DNA from: a virus
Taxonomy: Duplodnaviria; Caudoviricetes
DNA: 64,000 nucleotides
Virus record (IMG/VR): IMGVR_UViG_3300005046_000005
Coordinates: 1,745 to 65,744 of that record
Direction: 5' to 3' (one strand)
In this document: positions 17,765-27,377 of the stretch, piece by piece
How the letters are laid out: every line of letters starts with the position of its first letter
Numbering within the stretch: position 1 is the first letter of the stretch
Notes under the pieces: model-generated
What the model was told of the DNA's origin: nothing
What the model saw: only the letters and a program-made list of their open reading frames with translations
The model's database searches: none
Program-made: the position numbers and the translations under genes

Positions 17765-18182
17765 TTTCTTCTCCTTGAAATAATTTATCAGTCAGGATGT
17801 TAACTTCTTCCTGTAAGGTTACGTTTTTAGACTGCGCCAGCTGCAATTCTTTTCGAAATTGCTCAAGCTGTTTAGCATGTGACTCTTTCAGTTTGGCAAT
17901 GTCAACGAAAGCTTCGGTTGTCGCCTGAACAGCGCCGATTGGAGCATCTTTAGCAATGGTGATAACAACCTTGTTATCACTGCCTGAGCTTTCAAAAGAA
18001 ACTTCATCTGCAAGAACTACAGTCGCAGTCGCTGTCGCTTCTTTCAATTCAGCGTTGCTCCAGCCTGACTTCACGTATTTAACATTGTTTTTAAACATGT
18101 TAGCTACATCATTCGCATGAGTAAGGTCATCGCCTAAACCTACGACGATATTCAAATCGTCAACTTTTGCCACAATGTACAT
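17757..18182 (-). CDS. Hypothetical protein with C-terminal coiled coil (start MYIVAKV)
   Basis: AAGGAG RBS; promoter upstream. Confidence 0.65.
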   Translation of the reverse strand: MYIVAKVDDLNIVVGLGDDLTHANDVANMFKNNVKYVKSGWSNAELKEATATATVVLADEVSFESSGSDNKVVITIAKDAPIGAVQATTEAFVDIAKLKESHAKQLEQFRKELQLAQSKNVTLQEEVNILTDKLFQGEENV

Positions 18183-18225
18183 ATCTATCTCCTTAATTAA
18201 GATATTGTGTATTAAACAGGTGTGT

Positions 18226-18254
18226 ATCTTAGCACCTAGGACATCCCTGTGCAA
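18226..18254 (-). promoter_or_regulatory. sigma70-like promoter TTGCAC-17-TAAGAT
   Basis: Direct reading. Confidence 0.6.
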
Positions 18255-18255
18255 G

Positions 18256-18315
18256 AACTATTTAATAAAAAATACTAACTATTTAATAAAAAATACTAAC
18301 TCTTTAATAAAATAC
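18256..18315. repeat. 21-bp AT-rich tandem repeat, 2 perfect copies plus 1 degenerate
   Basis: aactatttaataaaaaatact x2, then aactctttaataaaatac. Confidence 0.9.
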
Positions 18316-18322
18316 GAGCTAT

Positions 18323-18793
18323 TTACGGTTTGTAGAAAACATGATCTCCGATACGGGCTGTACAGTCCATCTTATTCGCCCATTTAGGCTTCTTGATATT
18401 GTTAGCATGGAAATAAGTAGCTCCGCGGCTGACATCTGGATGTTTACCTTGTACTACCTCCTTAACTAGCGTCTTAATCGCATTGTAAGCTTCTCTGTCG
18501 CGTACTTGCTTGTTCCCGCTACTGTTAGTCCAGCTGAACTGTTTCGGCTGATACACGACCTTACAGACATCACTGGGGAAGTCTGGGTGCTTAGTTCTGT
18601 TCAGGGTGGTGAAGATCACAGCAAGCTGGCCTTTCTCTGGTTCACCTCTGCTTTCGAAGTAAGCGTTGCGGGTTAGGCAGTCAATCTGTCTGCTGTCCAG
18701 TGGTTTAGCTGTTGCCGTTCCAGCTGCAAATAGGCACACAAAGGCCAAGGCAATTCTAAGGAATATTTTCCTGATTGGTGAAAGTTGATTCAT
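18323..18793 (-). CDS. Cell wall hydrolase, SleB/Hydrolase_2 family
   Basis: CLTRNAYFESRGE, VVYQPKQFSW, GATYFHA and IGDHVFY; N-terminal signal peptide. Confidence 0.9.
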   Translation of the reverse strand: MNQLSPIRKIFLRIALAFVCLFAAGTATAKPLDSRQIDCLTRNAYFESRGEPEKGQLAVIFTTLNRTKHPDFPSDVCKVVYQPKQFSWTNSSGNKQVRDREAYNAIKTLVKEVVQGKHPDVSRGATYFHANNIKKPKWANKMDCTARIGDHVFYKP

Positions 18794-18856
18794 ATAAAAT
18801 CTCTGTTAGTTAATAAAAAAAGGGCTAGTCTCCTAGCCCTTTGCTGTTCCAAATGC

Positions 18857-19212
18857 TTACAAGATGCAGGCATTCGGATATTTGGCTTGTAGCCGTTTCA
18901 AGGTAGCTAGTTCGCGGTCACGTTCTTTGATAAAGCTCTGAGCTGCTTCGTTGACATACTGCTCATAAGCAAAGGCAGACTCCAGTTGAAGGACGTTGAT
19001 TTCAAAACTACCATCTTCATAATCACAGTGCAATTTCAACTGTGCATCTGGATACTTCTTTTGTAAAAATTCCTGTCGGTATTGCAAGGCTTCAATCACT
19101 TTGCTTAACGTTTCATTGAAGATTGAGTTGTCAACATACTGACTTTCAATCTTAACAAGTCTGCGTTCAGGTTTAACAAAACCTTGGTCTTCTAAACTTT
19201 GTTTATTTGGCA
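18857..19212 (-). CDS. Hypothetical protein (start MPNKQ)
   Basis: ORF in the strand run. Confidence 0.6.
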
Positions 19213-19595
19213 TTAAAAATATCCTGTAAAGGTTTGTAAATGTTCTTGACATATCCGTCAGGAATTGGTTTGTAGTTCTTCTCAGAGCGCTTAGGCACGG
19301 TCAAAGATTCATCTGTGTACGCTTTAAGCAACTTGCCATTAGCAAAGATTTCCAGATGAGCTAAGCGGAAGATGTCACGCTGAAAGAACCATCGAGATTT
19401 CTTAACAAGAACATACTTCCCATTAAAGAACAATTCTTCATTCAGTTCAACAGGTTTCATCTTGTTAGATATATAGCTTTCTTCAGATACAACACCACGA
19501 ACAACATGTTTCTCAATAGGATAACCCCAAATACCTAACAAGCCTAGGATAGACTTCTTAGAAATATTAGGTAGGTTGTGATTCTGATTGTACAT
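19203..19595 (-). CDS. Hypothetical protein
   Basis: First gene of the leftward block. Confidence 0.6.
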   Translation of the reverse strand: MYNQNHNLPNISKKSILGLLGIWGYPIEKHVVRGVVSEESYISNKMKPVELNEELFFNGKYVLVKKSRWFFQRDIFRLAHLEIFANGKLLKAYTDESLTVPKRSEKNYKPIPDGYVKNIYKPLQDIFNAK

Positions 19596-19605
19596 AATTT
19601 ACTCT

Positions 19606-19840
19606 CTTTAATATCTTAATAAGATTATAAACATAGTTCTTATTAAATTACAATAGTTATCTTATAATATTTAGTTATTATTTATTTAATATTATATAAG
19701 AATTAGTGATATATCACTATAAGTTATAATTAAGTATTATATATATTAATTATATTAATATGTTATTTATAATAATTTAAGTATAAGTTATATTACTTAG
19801 TAATATATAATTAATATATATATATATTATATAATAGAAC
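19606..19840. other. Extremely AT-rich palindromic region; candidate replication origin
   Basis: Almost only A/T; perfect palindrome TAGTGATATATCACTA; sits at the strand switch upstream of the primase-helicase. Confidence 0.5.
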
Positions 19841-19871
19841 CTACCTACTCAACTTGTTCGCCAGTTGCTCT

Positions 19872-19899
19872 ATCATATCACGATTTTCTGAGTTGTCAA
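19872..19899 (-). promoter_or_regulatory. Leftward sigma70-like promoter TTGACA-16-TATGAT
   Basis: Direct reading. Confidence 0.7.
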
Positions 19900-19934
19900 G
19901 CCTTTCGATGAAATAATTTAAAAATAATATTTAG

Positions 19935-19962
19935 TTGACAAGTCACGCTTCCATGTTACCAT
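19935..19962 (+). promoter_or_regulatory. Rightward sigma70-like promoter TTGACA-16-(TG)TACCAT
   Basis: Direct reading; divergent from the promoter at 19872-19899. Confidence 0.65.
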
Positions 19963-19990
19963 GTCTGCCGATCTTACTAAGGAGAATGCA

Positions 19991-20338
19991 ATGATCGAGC
20001 AATATGTGAAAGTTGGGGCTACTGTTTGCCCCCGTGTTCAAGGTATCAGCTGTGCAGTTGTGATTGCAATTGAGCAGAACGAAGACACAGGCAATCTGGA
20101 TTATTCAGTGCTGACTGATTTTGGCAATATCTTGACATTGACGGGAACTGAGTTCCGAACCATGTACCAGAACGAGAAATTCTATTCATCAATGATGATT
20201 GGCGGTCACGGTATAACCTTCTTCCAAGATCCTCACGGTTTCAGCGTAGAAGACCGCTTCATGCTACAAATTGAATTGCTCCGCGAAGCTCAGGAAGCCT
20301 TATTAGCTAAAGGCTTGTTAAAAACTAAATTTTTGTAA
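19991..20338 (+). CDS. Hypothetical protein (start MIEQY)
   Basis: AAGGAG RBS; the ORF-track start overlaps the -10 box. Confidence 0.65.
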   Translation: MIEQYVKVGATVCPRVQGISCAVVIAIEQNEDTGNLDYSVLTDFGNILTLTGTEFRTMYQNEKFYSSMMIGGHGITFFQDPHGFSVEDRFMLQIELLREAQEALLAKGLLKTKFL

Positions 20339-20348
20339 GGAGAATCAA

Positions 20349-22151
20349 ATGTCACAGAAAGAATACCAGCAAGGTACGGTGCTAGGCCATTATGCCTGCC
20401 CGCAGTGCGGCAGCAACGATAACCTTGCGGTGTATGTTAAAACCAATGAACAAGGCGAAGAAGTCTTGGATGGTTCATGCTTTACTCCAGACTGCAAGCG
20501 CTACTGGTCAGAAGCAGACCTTAGAACTGAAGGTGTCCTTGAAGAAGGCTTCTCTGCACCAAAAGTCAAACCAAGCACAAAGACTCCCATCACCAAAGCA
20601 GAGTATTTGGAGCTGACAGCTCGATGTAGCCACGATACAACTATGGCTGATGGTAGCCTATACCGCGGCATTAAAACCGAAACAGCGGAGTTCTACGGGC
20701 ATCTGTACGAACGCAATGCCAACGGTGAAATCATCAAAACATACTACCCTGAAACGAAGTTTGATTTTAACGGGGAATGCAAAAGTCTTCGCGGATATAA
20801 GACGCGGGTTCTTCCTAAAATCTTCGGTATGGGTAACATTGGTGTCACGGGTTTGTCAAGCGACTTCTCAGGTCAGCACAAGTTCCCGAACGGTGGTAAG
20901 AAGGTCGTTATCTTCGGCGGGGAAGAAGACAAGCTTGCAGCAGCTCAAATGCTCAGAGACTATCAGGTTCAGCGCGGACAGGCAGAATATGATCGTTATG
21001 CGGTAGTCAGCACAACAGCAGGTGAAGCTACGTTAGCTAGAAGCTGTCAAAATCAGTATGACTGGTTGAATTCTTTTGAAGAAATCATCATCTGTATGGA
21101 CAATGACGAAGCTGGTCAGAAAGCTGTACTGGAGGCAATCAAATACCTTCCAGAAGGTAAGACAAGCTTGATGAAAACTTCCCTGAAGGATGCAAACAAA
21201 ATGCTTCTTGACGGTAAGCAAAAGCAGTTTATCAGCAACTTCTTTGACGCGAAGCCAATGGTTGAAACTGGAATTGTAAGCTTCGGTGAAGCCACTGTAG
21301 GTATTAAAGACTTCCTTCTTGCACCAAAGATTGAATTTCCTCCGATGCTTTGGCGTTTGAATGACGCTGCGCGCGGCGGTATTCGCTCTACAGGCGCGAT
21401 TGTCAACATCATTGCAGATACTTCGGTAGGTAAGTCTTTGGTCAGTGATACTTTGCAGTTGCACTGGGGTTTCCATTCTCCGCTGATCCCAACTACACTG
21501 ACGATTGAACGGACGAAAGAAGAATTTGCAATTGACATGTTCTCAAACCATGTTAAGCAAAACTTGATCTGGATGAAGGCTGAAAATGCAGTTGATTACT
21601 TGACTACACCAGAAGCTCAGCAGATGATGTATGACCTTAGTTACGATGAAGCAGGCCAGCCGCGCTTTTATATTATTGATGACCGTACTGGTACGGTTGA
21701 TAGTTTGAAGTCGCAAGTTGAACGAGCATGGAAAATGCTTGGCAGTCGTCTATTTATCTTCGATCCATTGTCTGATCTTCTGCGTCAGCTGCCGCTTGAC
21801 CAGCAGGAAGACTTCTTGATGTGGGAGAAGCAAATGAAGAAGGAAGGTTTAGTCTTCATTAACATTCTGCATACTAGAAAACCTGCCCCTGATAAGGATG
21901 GCAAGATTCGACCAGTGACGGAATATGATGCTTTAGGATCTGGTTCTTTTGTGCAATCTGCTGATATTAACTTGGTACTTAACCGTGATAAAATGTCAAA
22001 AGATCCTGTTGAGAAGAATACAATGCGTGTTGATGCTCCGAAGCTCCGCGGCGGTACAACTGGCTTTATTACTGATTTGTATTATGATCCAGAAACACGC
22101 CAGCAATACGATAAGCTTGACTTCTTTGCCAACAAAGACAGCAACTTTTAA
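20349..22151 (+). CDS. DNA primase-helicase (T7 gp4-like fusion)
   Basis: Zn finger CPQC...C, TOPRIM GGEED / MDNDEAG / KDAN, Walker A ADTSVGKS, FDPL, and HTRK. Confidence 0.92.
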   Translation: MSQKEYQQGTVLGHYACPQCGSNDNLAVYVKTNEQGEEVLDGSCFTPDCKRYWSEADLRTEGVLEEGFSAPKVKPSTKTPITKAEYLELTARCSHDTTMADGSLYRGIKTETAEFYGHLYERNANGEIIKTYYPETKFDFNGECKSLRGYKTRVLPKIFGMGNIGVTGLSSDFSGQHKFPNGGKKVVIFGGEEDKLAAAQMLRDYQVQRGQAEYDRYAVVSTTAGEATLARSCQNQYDWLNSFEEIIICMDNDEAGQKAVLEAIKYLPEGKTSLMKTSLKDANKMLLDGKQKQFISNFFDAKPMVETGIVSFGEATVGIKDFLLAPKIEFPPMLWRLNDAARGGIRSTGAIVNIIADTSVGKSLVSDTLQLHWGFHSPLIPTTLTIERTKEEFAIDMFSNHVKQNLIWMKAENAVDYLTTPEAQQMMYDLSYDEAGQPRFYIIDDRTGTVDSLKSQVERAWKMLGSRLFIFDPLSDLLRQLPLDQQEDFLMWEKQMKKEGLVFINILHTRKPAPDKDGKIRPVTEYDALGSGSFVQSADINLVLNRDKMSKDPVEKNTMRVDAPKLRGGTTGFITDLYYDPETRQQYDKLDFFANKDSNF

Positions 22152-22175
22152 CCAATGATTCATTGAAACATAAGG

Positions 22176-22209
22176 ACGGGTGATGTAAAATATTGCATCA
22201 TCCGTTTTT
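22176..22209 (+). terminator. Intrinsic terminator after the primase-helicase
   Basis: ACGGGTGATGT/GCATCATCCGT stem followed by a T tract. Confidence 0.65.
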
Positions 22210-22232
22210 CTACATTACTAAGGAGATTTAGT

Positions 22233-25200
22233 ATGACACGTAAGGTTGTCGATATTGAATGCAACACCTTGTTAGCTAACATGCTCGACTTTTCACAATT
22301 ACCTTATCGTCTAAAACCTGATTCTAAATTGTGGTGTGTAGTTGTCCGCGATATTGACACAAAAGAAGTGACTACACTGTCAAGCTGCTTTGGCAATACA
22401 ATTACAAAAACCCAAGTTGAAAAGGCATTTGAAGGCTGTACAGAAGTTATTGCGCACAACGGCATCAAGTTTGACTTTATTACCATGAAGCTGTTTGGTG
22501 TTCTGGATTATTCAATTGGTTGGCTTGGTGAAGAAGATACCTTGTTTGGAAAGCCCGTTAAGTTCACAGATACCTTAATCCGATCTCGTCTGTTCAACCC
22601 TGACCGCTTCGGAGGCCACGGCCTAAAAGCTTGGGGTGAACGTATTGGTAATTTTAAAGACGACTTCCGCGCTCAGTGCATTGAAGCTGGGATTATTGAA
22701 AAGTCTGCACCAAAGGCAGCAGAGTTCCAAGTCTTCTCAGAGTTGATGCTGAAATACTGCCAGCAGGATACAGCGGTTACAGAAGCTGTTCACTTGAAGC
22801 TTGAGCAAGAGTTTATAGACTACCCGCGCTGGAAGCAGCCTGAGAAAATGGAAAACAAGCTTGCGGACATCGGTATTCGTCGTGAAAGCTACGGCTTCTG
22901 GTTTAACCGTGAACTGGCTTTATGGGCTTTAGATGATTTGCAAACCAAGATGAAAAATCTTGCTGATATTGTAAACCCACACCTTCCGCCTAAACGCATG
23001 AACAAAGGGACTCTGAAGGAATATACTCCGCCTAAAATACAGCTGAAGATGGATGGTACGGCTTCTGCGCACATGATGAAGTTTGCTAAGAAACATGGTG
23101 CTGAAATTGACGGTGATCTGTTTATCTACAAAGGCTTTGCCCGTCAGATGCCGTTTGAAGAACCGATTGAGACGGAAGAAGTCGCTTCAATTGATGACCT
23201 TGACCATGTGAAGATGCAGCTGATTAACTTAGGCTGGCGGCCTCTGGAGTTTAAGATCAGGGATCTTTCTAAGAACTCCAAGAAGCAAAGCATCCCGTTA
23301 GAGAAACAGCTTGAGTCCATGAACAAGTGGCTTGACCAGACGTTTGATGAAGGGAAGTACACGGAAAGCCGCTTAGATGAGTTGAACTTAGGCACGGATA
23401 AAGCTGTTGTTAAGTTTGCACTTGAGAAGAAGCTGAAAGCTGGTAAGCCTTGTAAAGTGCCTACTGCACCATCTGTCCGTACAGGGGTTGAGAAAAACCT
23501 TTGTGAAAACCTTGTCAAGCTTGGGGATAAGGTGAGTTTTGCCAAAGACTTTGCGCTTTACTTAACCTACCGTCACCGCAAATCTTCTATCGCTGGTGGT
23601 GATATTGAAGACATGGACTTTGACGAAGAAACTCCGAACACTGGTTTCTTGGCAATGTACCGACCAGAAGACGGACGGGTAGCTACACCAGCAATTGAAA
23701 TCGGAGCTTCAACCAACCGCTATAGACATATCGGTGTTTGTAATATTCCACGAGCTTCATCGGAATATGGCGACTATATGCGAAGCATGTTTGGATGCGG
23801 TGAAGGGATGGTACAGCTTGGACAGGATGCCAGCTCTCTTGAAGCTTGTATTCAAGGGCATTATATCCTTCCATTTGGCGGTGAAGAACTGGCGAAACAG
23901 CTGTTAGCTAAGAAGCCAAATGATATTCATTGTTATTCGGAGGACACTGAAATTCTTACGCAAAATGGTTGGAAGTTGTTCGGAAACTTGACTGAGTTTG
24001 ATAAGGTTGCACAGTACGATGAGGGTCTTATCAGTTTTGTAAAACCTTTAGATATTGTTTGGCAAGAGTATGAGGGTGATATGTACACTGACCCAACGAC
24101 AAACTTTAAAGTTACACCGAACCATCGTGTTTTATTTAAACGCTATACATCAGGGGCAAATGCAATTGTACGTGCTGATGAATTTAAACCGTCAAGCGAT
24201 AAACGTTATATTGTAGGCGGTTCTAAGATTGGGGGGAGTTTAAACTTGTCTGATGCGTTTATTAAGTTGTTAGTTGCTACACAAGCTGACGGTTGTTTAG
24301 CAAAAGATTGTTCTGCAATCCAATTTAGTTTCGTTAAGGATGACAAGATTGCACGTCTTGAAGGTATTTTACTGGAACTCGGAGAGAAATATAGTAAGTC
24401 TACGCACTTTCGTAAAGGTAGAGATGAAACTTCAATCCGTATAAGTTCAGGAAGTTTAACTGTACAAGTACGCAACTACCTGTCAGAGTGTAAGTCTTTC
24501 AAAGACGAGCTTCTAAACCTACCTTACAACAAGTTAAAAATACTTATTAATGAGGTAAAATATTGGGACGGTACAGAACGATCTAATGGTGATGTTGTGT
24601 TAGACACAACTGATAAAACTGCTTGTGAGTTTATTCAAACAGTTGCATCTTTAGTTGGTTACAAAACTAACTTTAATAGTTATGTTAAAAATACAAGCTT
24701 CGGAGTAGTTAGTGTTTACAGAGTTTATATTTCAACTAATACCTTAGCAGTTAAATCAGCTAACAAACCTTTAGAAGTTTCACACTACAAAGGGTTTATT
24801 GGTTGTGTATCTGTACCAAGTGGTTTAGTCCTTGTTAAGCGTAAAGGTGAGATCGTAGTTTCAGGTAATACCTTGAATGCTATTAAACTGTTCGGTACTG
24901 CGGACATGCGAGATCCTGCGAAGTCTATGTCGTATGCATTGATGTATGGTGCAGCTTACATGAAGCTTAAAGCAATGCTTGGTGTTAGTGATTCAGAAGC
25001 TCTGCGGATCTTCAATGAATACTGGGATGCCGTTATGCCGCTTAAGATGCTGAAAGAAGCTTTGACAGAATCTTGGAAGAACCGTGGCAAGACGTTCATT
25101 ATCGGTGTTGATGGTCGTAAGATTATGACTCGATCTGCGCATTCTCTGTTAAACGCTCTGTTCCAATCTGGCGGTGTTATTTGCATGAAGTATGTTGCAA

Positions 25201-25562
25201 TCTTCTTGATGGAATCTTTAGAGAAGCAAGGCTTGCGCTGGGATGTCTTCAAAGACTCTGAGCTAGATGTAGCGCCGATGATTGAATACCATGATGAACA
25301 GCAGCTTGCAGTTAATCCAAAACTTATTAGCTACAAAGTTTTTGATAACAAAGAACTTGCTAAAGAGTTTGTAAAAGACTGGAAAGGTGAACAGCTTGGA
25401 GCTATCATCGAAGGGAAGAATGACAAGGCTGTTATTGCAATGCCGAACGTTGTTTCTAAAGCGCTTATTGACAGCTACGCGAGATCTGTTGAAACAGTCA
25501 ACCTAAACGTGAAACTAAGCTGCGAATGGGTTGTTCACAAGAACTGGTACGGATGTCACTGA
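22233..25562 (+). CDS. Family A DNA polymerase with 3'-5' exonuclease and an intein
   Basis: DIE exonuclease motif, HNGIKFD, motif A QDASSLE, motif B RDPAKSMSYALMYGA, motif C YHDE. Confidence 0.93.
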   Translation: MTRKVVDIECNTLLANMLDFSQLPYRLKPDSKLWCVVVRDIDTKEVTTLSSCFGNTITKTQVEKAFEGCTEVIAHNGIKFDFITMKLFGVLDYSIGWLGEEDTLFGKPVKFTDTLIRSRLFNPDRFGGHGLKAWGERIGNFKDDFRAQCIEAGIIEKSAPKAAEFQVFSELMLKYCQQDTAVTEAVHLKLEQEFIDYPRWKQPEKMENKLADIGIRRESYGFWFNRELALWALDDLQTKMKNLADIVNPHLPPKRMNKGTLKEYTPPKIQLKMDGTASAHMMKFAKKHGAEIDGDLFIYKGFARQMPFEEPIETEEVASIDDLDHVKMQLINLGWRPLEFKIRDLSKNSKKQSIPLEKQLESMNKWLDQTFDEGKYTESRLDELNLGTDKAVVKFALEKKLKAGKPCKVPTAPSVRTGVEKNLCENLVKLGDKVSFAKDFALYLTYRHRKSSIAGGDIEDMDFDEETPNTGFLAMYRPEDGRVATPAIEIGASTNRYRHIGVCNIPRASSEYGDYMRSMFGCGEGMVQLGQDASSLEACIQGHYILPFGGEELAKQLLAKKPNDIHCYSEDTEILTQNGWKLFGNLTEFDKVAQYDEGLISFVKPLDIVWQEYEGDMYTDPTTNFKVTPNHRVLFKRYTSGANAIVRADEFKPSSDKRYIVGGSKIGGSLNLSDAFIKLLVATQADGCLAKDCSAIQFSFVKDDKIARLEGILLELGEKYSKSTHFRKGRDETSIRISSGSLTVQVRNYLSECKSFKDELLNLPYNKLKILINEVKYWDGTERSNGDVVLDTTDKTACEFIQTVASLVGYKTNFNSYVKNTSFGVVSVYRVYISTNTLAVKSANKPLEVSHYKGFIGCVSVPSGLVLVKRKGEIVVSGNTLNAIKLFGTADMRDPAKSMSYALMYGAAYMKLKAMLGVSDSEALRIFNEYWDAVMPLKMLKEALTESWKNRGKTFIIGVDGRKIMTRSAHSLLNALFQSGGVICMKYVAIFLMESLEKQGLRWDVFKDSELDVAPMIEYHDEQQLAVNPKLISYKVFDNKELAKEFVKDWKGEQLGAIIEGKNDKAVIAMPNVVSKALIDSYARSVETVNLNVKLSCEWVVHKNWYGCH
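23931..24869 (+). mobile_element. 313-aa intein with a LAGLIDADG-type endonuclease domain
   Basis: Starts CYSEDTEILTQNGWK; block B VTPNHRV; LLVATQADG; ends VVSGN before a +1 Thr; more AT-rich codon usage than the flanks. Confidence 0.9.
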
Positions 25563-25589
25563 TAACATACTTATTTTAAAGGAAATTTT

Positions 25590-25898
25590 ATGAAAGATAC
25601 ATTGTATGAAACGATTCTAAACCCTGCTCAGATTGATACCTTGCATGCTGGAACAATTGCATTGCAGCGCATGTACGGGGAAATTATCAACAAGATTGAA
25701 CGGGAAGATCCTGACGTTCAGGACTGGATGCAGAAGCATGGTTTAACATTTGAAACTGTTTACCAAATTTATGAAAATGCTAAGCAAATGGTCTATCAGT
25801 TTGATCACTTCATCTTAGGTACGGAGCTTCCAGCAGATGCAAATAAGGCATTTACTGTAAACTTCCATGAAGCTTTTGAGCAGTTTGATCAAAATTAG
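25590..25898 (+). CDS. Hypothetical protein
   Basis: ORF with RBS. Confidence 0.7.
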   Translation: MKDTLYETILNPAQIDTLHAGTIALQRMYGEIINKIEREDPDVQDWMQKHGLTFETVYQIYENAKQMVYQFDHFILGTELPADANKAFTVNFHEAFEQFDQN

Positions 25899-25941
25899 AT
25901 CAATTAGCTAATAAATTATGTGAAAAAGGTAGTAATATTGC

Positions 25942-25970
25942 TTGCATCTTATTATTACCTTCTCTATAAT
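25942..25970 (+). promoter_or_regulatory. sigma70-like promoter TTGCAT-17-TATAAT inside an inverted repeat
   Basis: Repeat arms 25926-25937 and 25950-25961. Confidence 0.7.
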
Positions 25971-26030
25971 ACCAGCTATCGTTAAACGATAAGCAACTTA
26001 ACTTAATATCAACCGAAATAAGGAAACCTC

Positions 26031-26990
26031 ATGAGCGATTTTTCATTAAAACCTGCGTACACTGGTAAAGCTGGCGAAAACACTAAACCTGATGTTGATT
26101 GGAATGCTATTAACAAACAAGTCCCTACTGACAACCACGTTGCCATCATCTCTCAAATCGTTGATCTAGGCGTACACACTCCAGAGCTTTCAGCTAACAC
26201 TGAAAAAGCAACTGAATTTGCTGTGAAAGAAGAAGCGGAAGCTTTCTTAACTCGCGTTAAAGGCATGCTTCCAGCTGCGAAAGCAAATGCACTTAAAGTT
26301 TCAGCTGTAGATGGTAAATTCGTTGTAGGCGCTCAGATCCGTCAGTCAAAAGACCGTCAAGAAGTTGCAATCTTTGCAGACCTTGTAGGTGTTATGGTTG
26401 ATTATGGCGAAGGCATTGGCAAAAAACCTTACCGTATCTTACTGAACCGTGCGTTCAAAGGCGACATCCGTGGCCTTGGCTTGACACAAGTTCCGCCAAC
26501 TAAACAAGGTGGTGCATGGACATTCCCGCCAGCTTCAATGCTGACTGAACTTGCTACTGTTACTAAACAGACTGTAATCATTGATGGTTCTGACAAAACT
26601 AAACTTAACGATATTGGCCTTTTACTTGGTCAAGCTCTGATGGTTGACGTTGTTCAAACTACAGGTGATGGTGGTGCTGTTTACGTGAATGTAAAAGGTA
26701 TCGGTTCTGTACCTTCAATGCTTGAAAAAATGGTTGACCGTAGCTTAGTACAGCCTTTTGGTATTTCGTTTACTAACGTAACTCCAGAACTGTTGAAAGC
26801 TGCGAATGTTCGCTGGAACGTCTTTAAAAAGATCAAAACTGCGAACAACTATGCAGGCTCTGCAATGCAAGCGGCGATTCAAGCAATTGAAGCGCAATCT
26901 GGTAGTTCAGAACAAGCTGAAGCGAAAGACAATCCTGCTGCACCTGCTACTCAAGCACCTGCGGATCTTGACGATAACATCCCTTTCTAA
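26031..26990 (+). CDS. Probable single-stranded DNA-binding protein
   Basis: Acidic-aromatic tail DLDDNIPF; position in the replication block; highly-expressed codon bias. Confidence 0.65.
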   Translation: MSDFSLKPAYTGKAGENTKPDVDWNAINKQVPTDNHVAIISQIVDLGVHTPELSANTEKATEFAVKEEAEAFLTRVKGMLPAAKANALKVSAVDGKFVVGAQIRQSKDRQEVAIFADLVGVMVDYGEGIGKKPYRILLNRAFKGDIRGLGLTQVPPTKQGGAWTFPPASMLTELATVTKQTVIIDGSDKTKLNDIGLLLGQALMVDVVQTTGDGGAVYVNVKGIGSVPSMLEKMVDRSLVQPFGISFTNVTPELLKAANVRWNVFKKIKTANNYAGSAMQAAIQAIEAQSGSSEQAEAKDNPAAPATQAPADLDDNIPF

Positions 26991-27065
26991 CAAAACCTGT
27001 TAGCTAGGACGTTGTAATAAGGGAGCAAAAGCTCCCTTCCTTTATTAATTGATTTGGAGAAACAA

Positions 27066-27332
27066 ATGACTGAACAAAACGAACAAGCAGAACGTAAACA
27101 GACACAAAAAGAGTTCAAAGCTCGATTTGTTCAACTGTTCCGTGAAATTGATGTGTTGACTGAAGATGTCAACCAGCTGAAAGAAGACATGAAGGTAGAT
27201 CATCCAGAAGCGGATATTGCCAACATTGTCAAAATGGCGAAGCTGGAAGCAACTCAGAAGCTAGGTGAAGCTTTAGCAAAGGCAGAGAAGTTTGCCAATC
27301 TGGTTGACGAAATGCAAGGCGAGGAAGATTAA
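27066..27332 (+). CDS. Small helical protein, possibly a GapR/DsbA-like dsDNA binder
   Basis: Pattern F..LF.EID.LTED...LKED.K......IVKMAK. Confidence 0.4.
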   Translation: MTEQNEQAERKQTQKEFKARFVQLFREIDVLTEDVNQLKEDMKVDHPEADIANIVKMAKLEATQKLGEALAKAEKFANLVDEMQGEED

Positions 27333-27377
27333 GGACAAAGGCAGCGAAAGCTGCCTCTTTTATATCAAGGAGATAAC

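Noticed and set aside
18256-18315. Possible CRISPR mini-array
   Set aside because: The repeats are contiguous with no spacers, and no cas genes are present.
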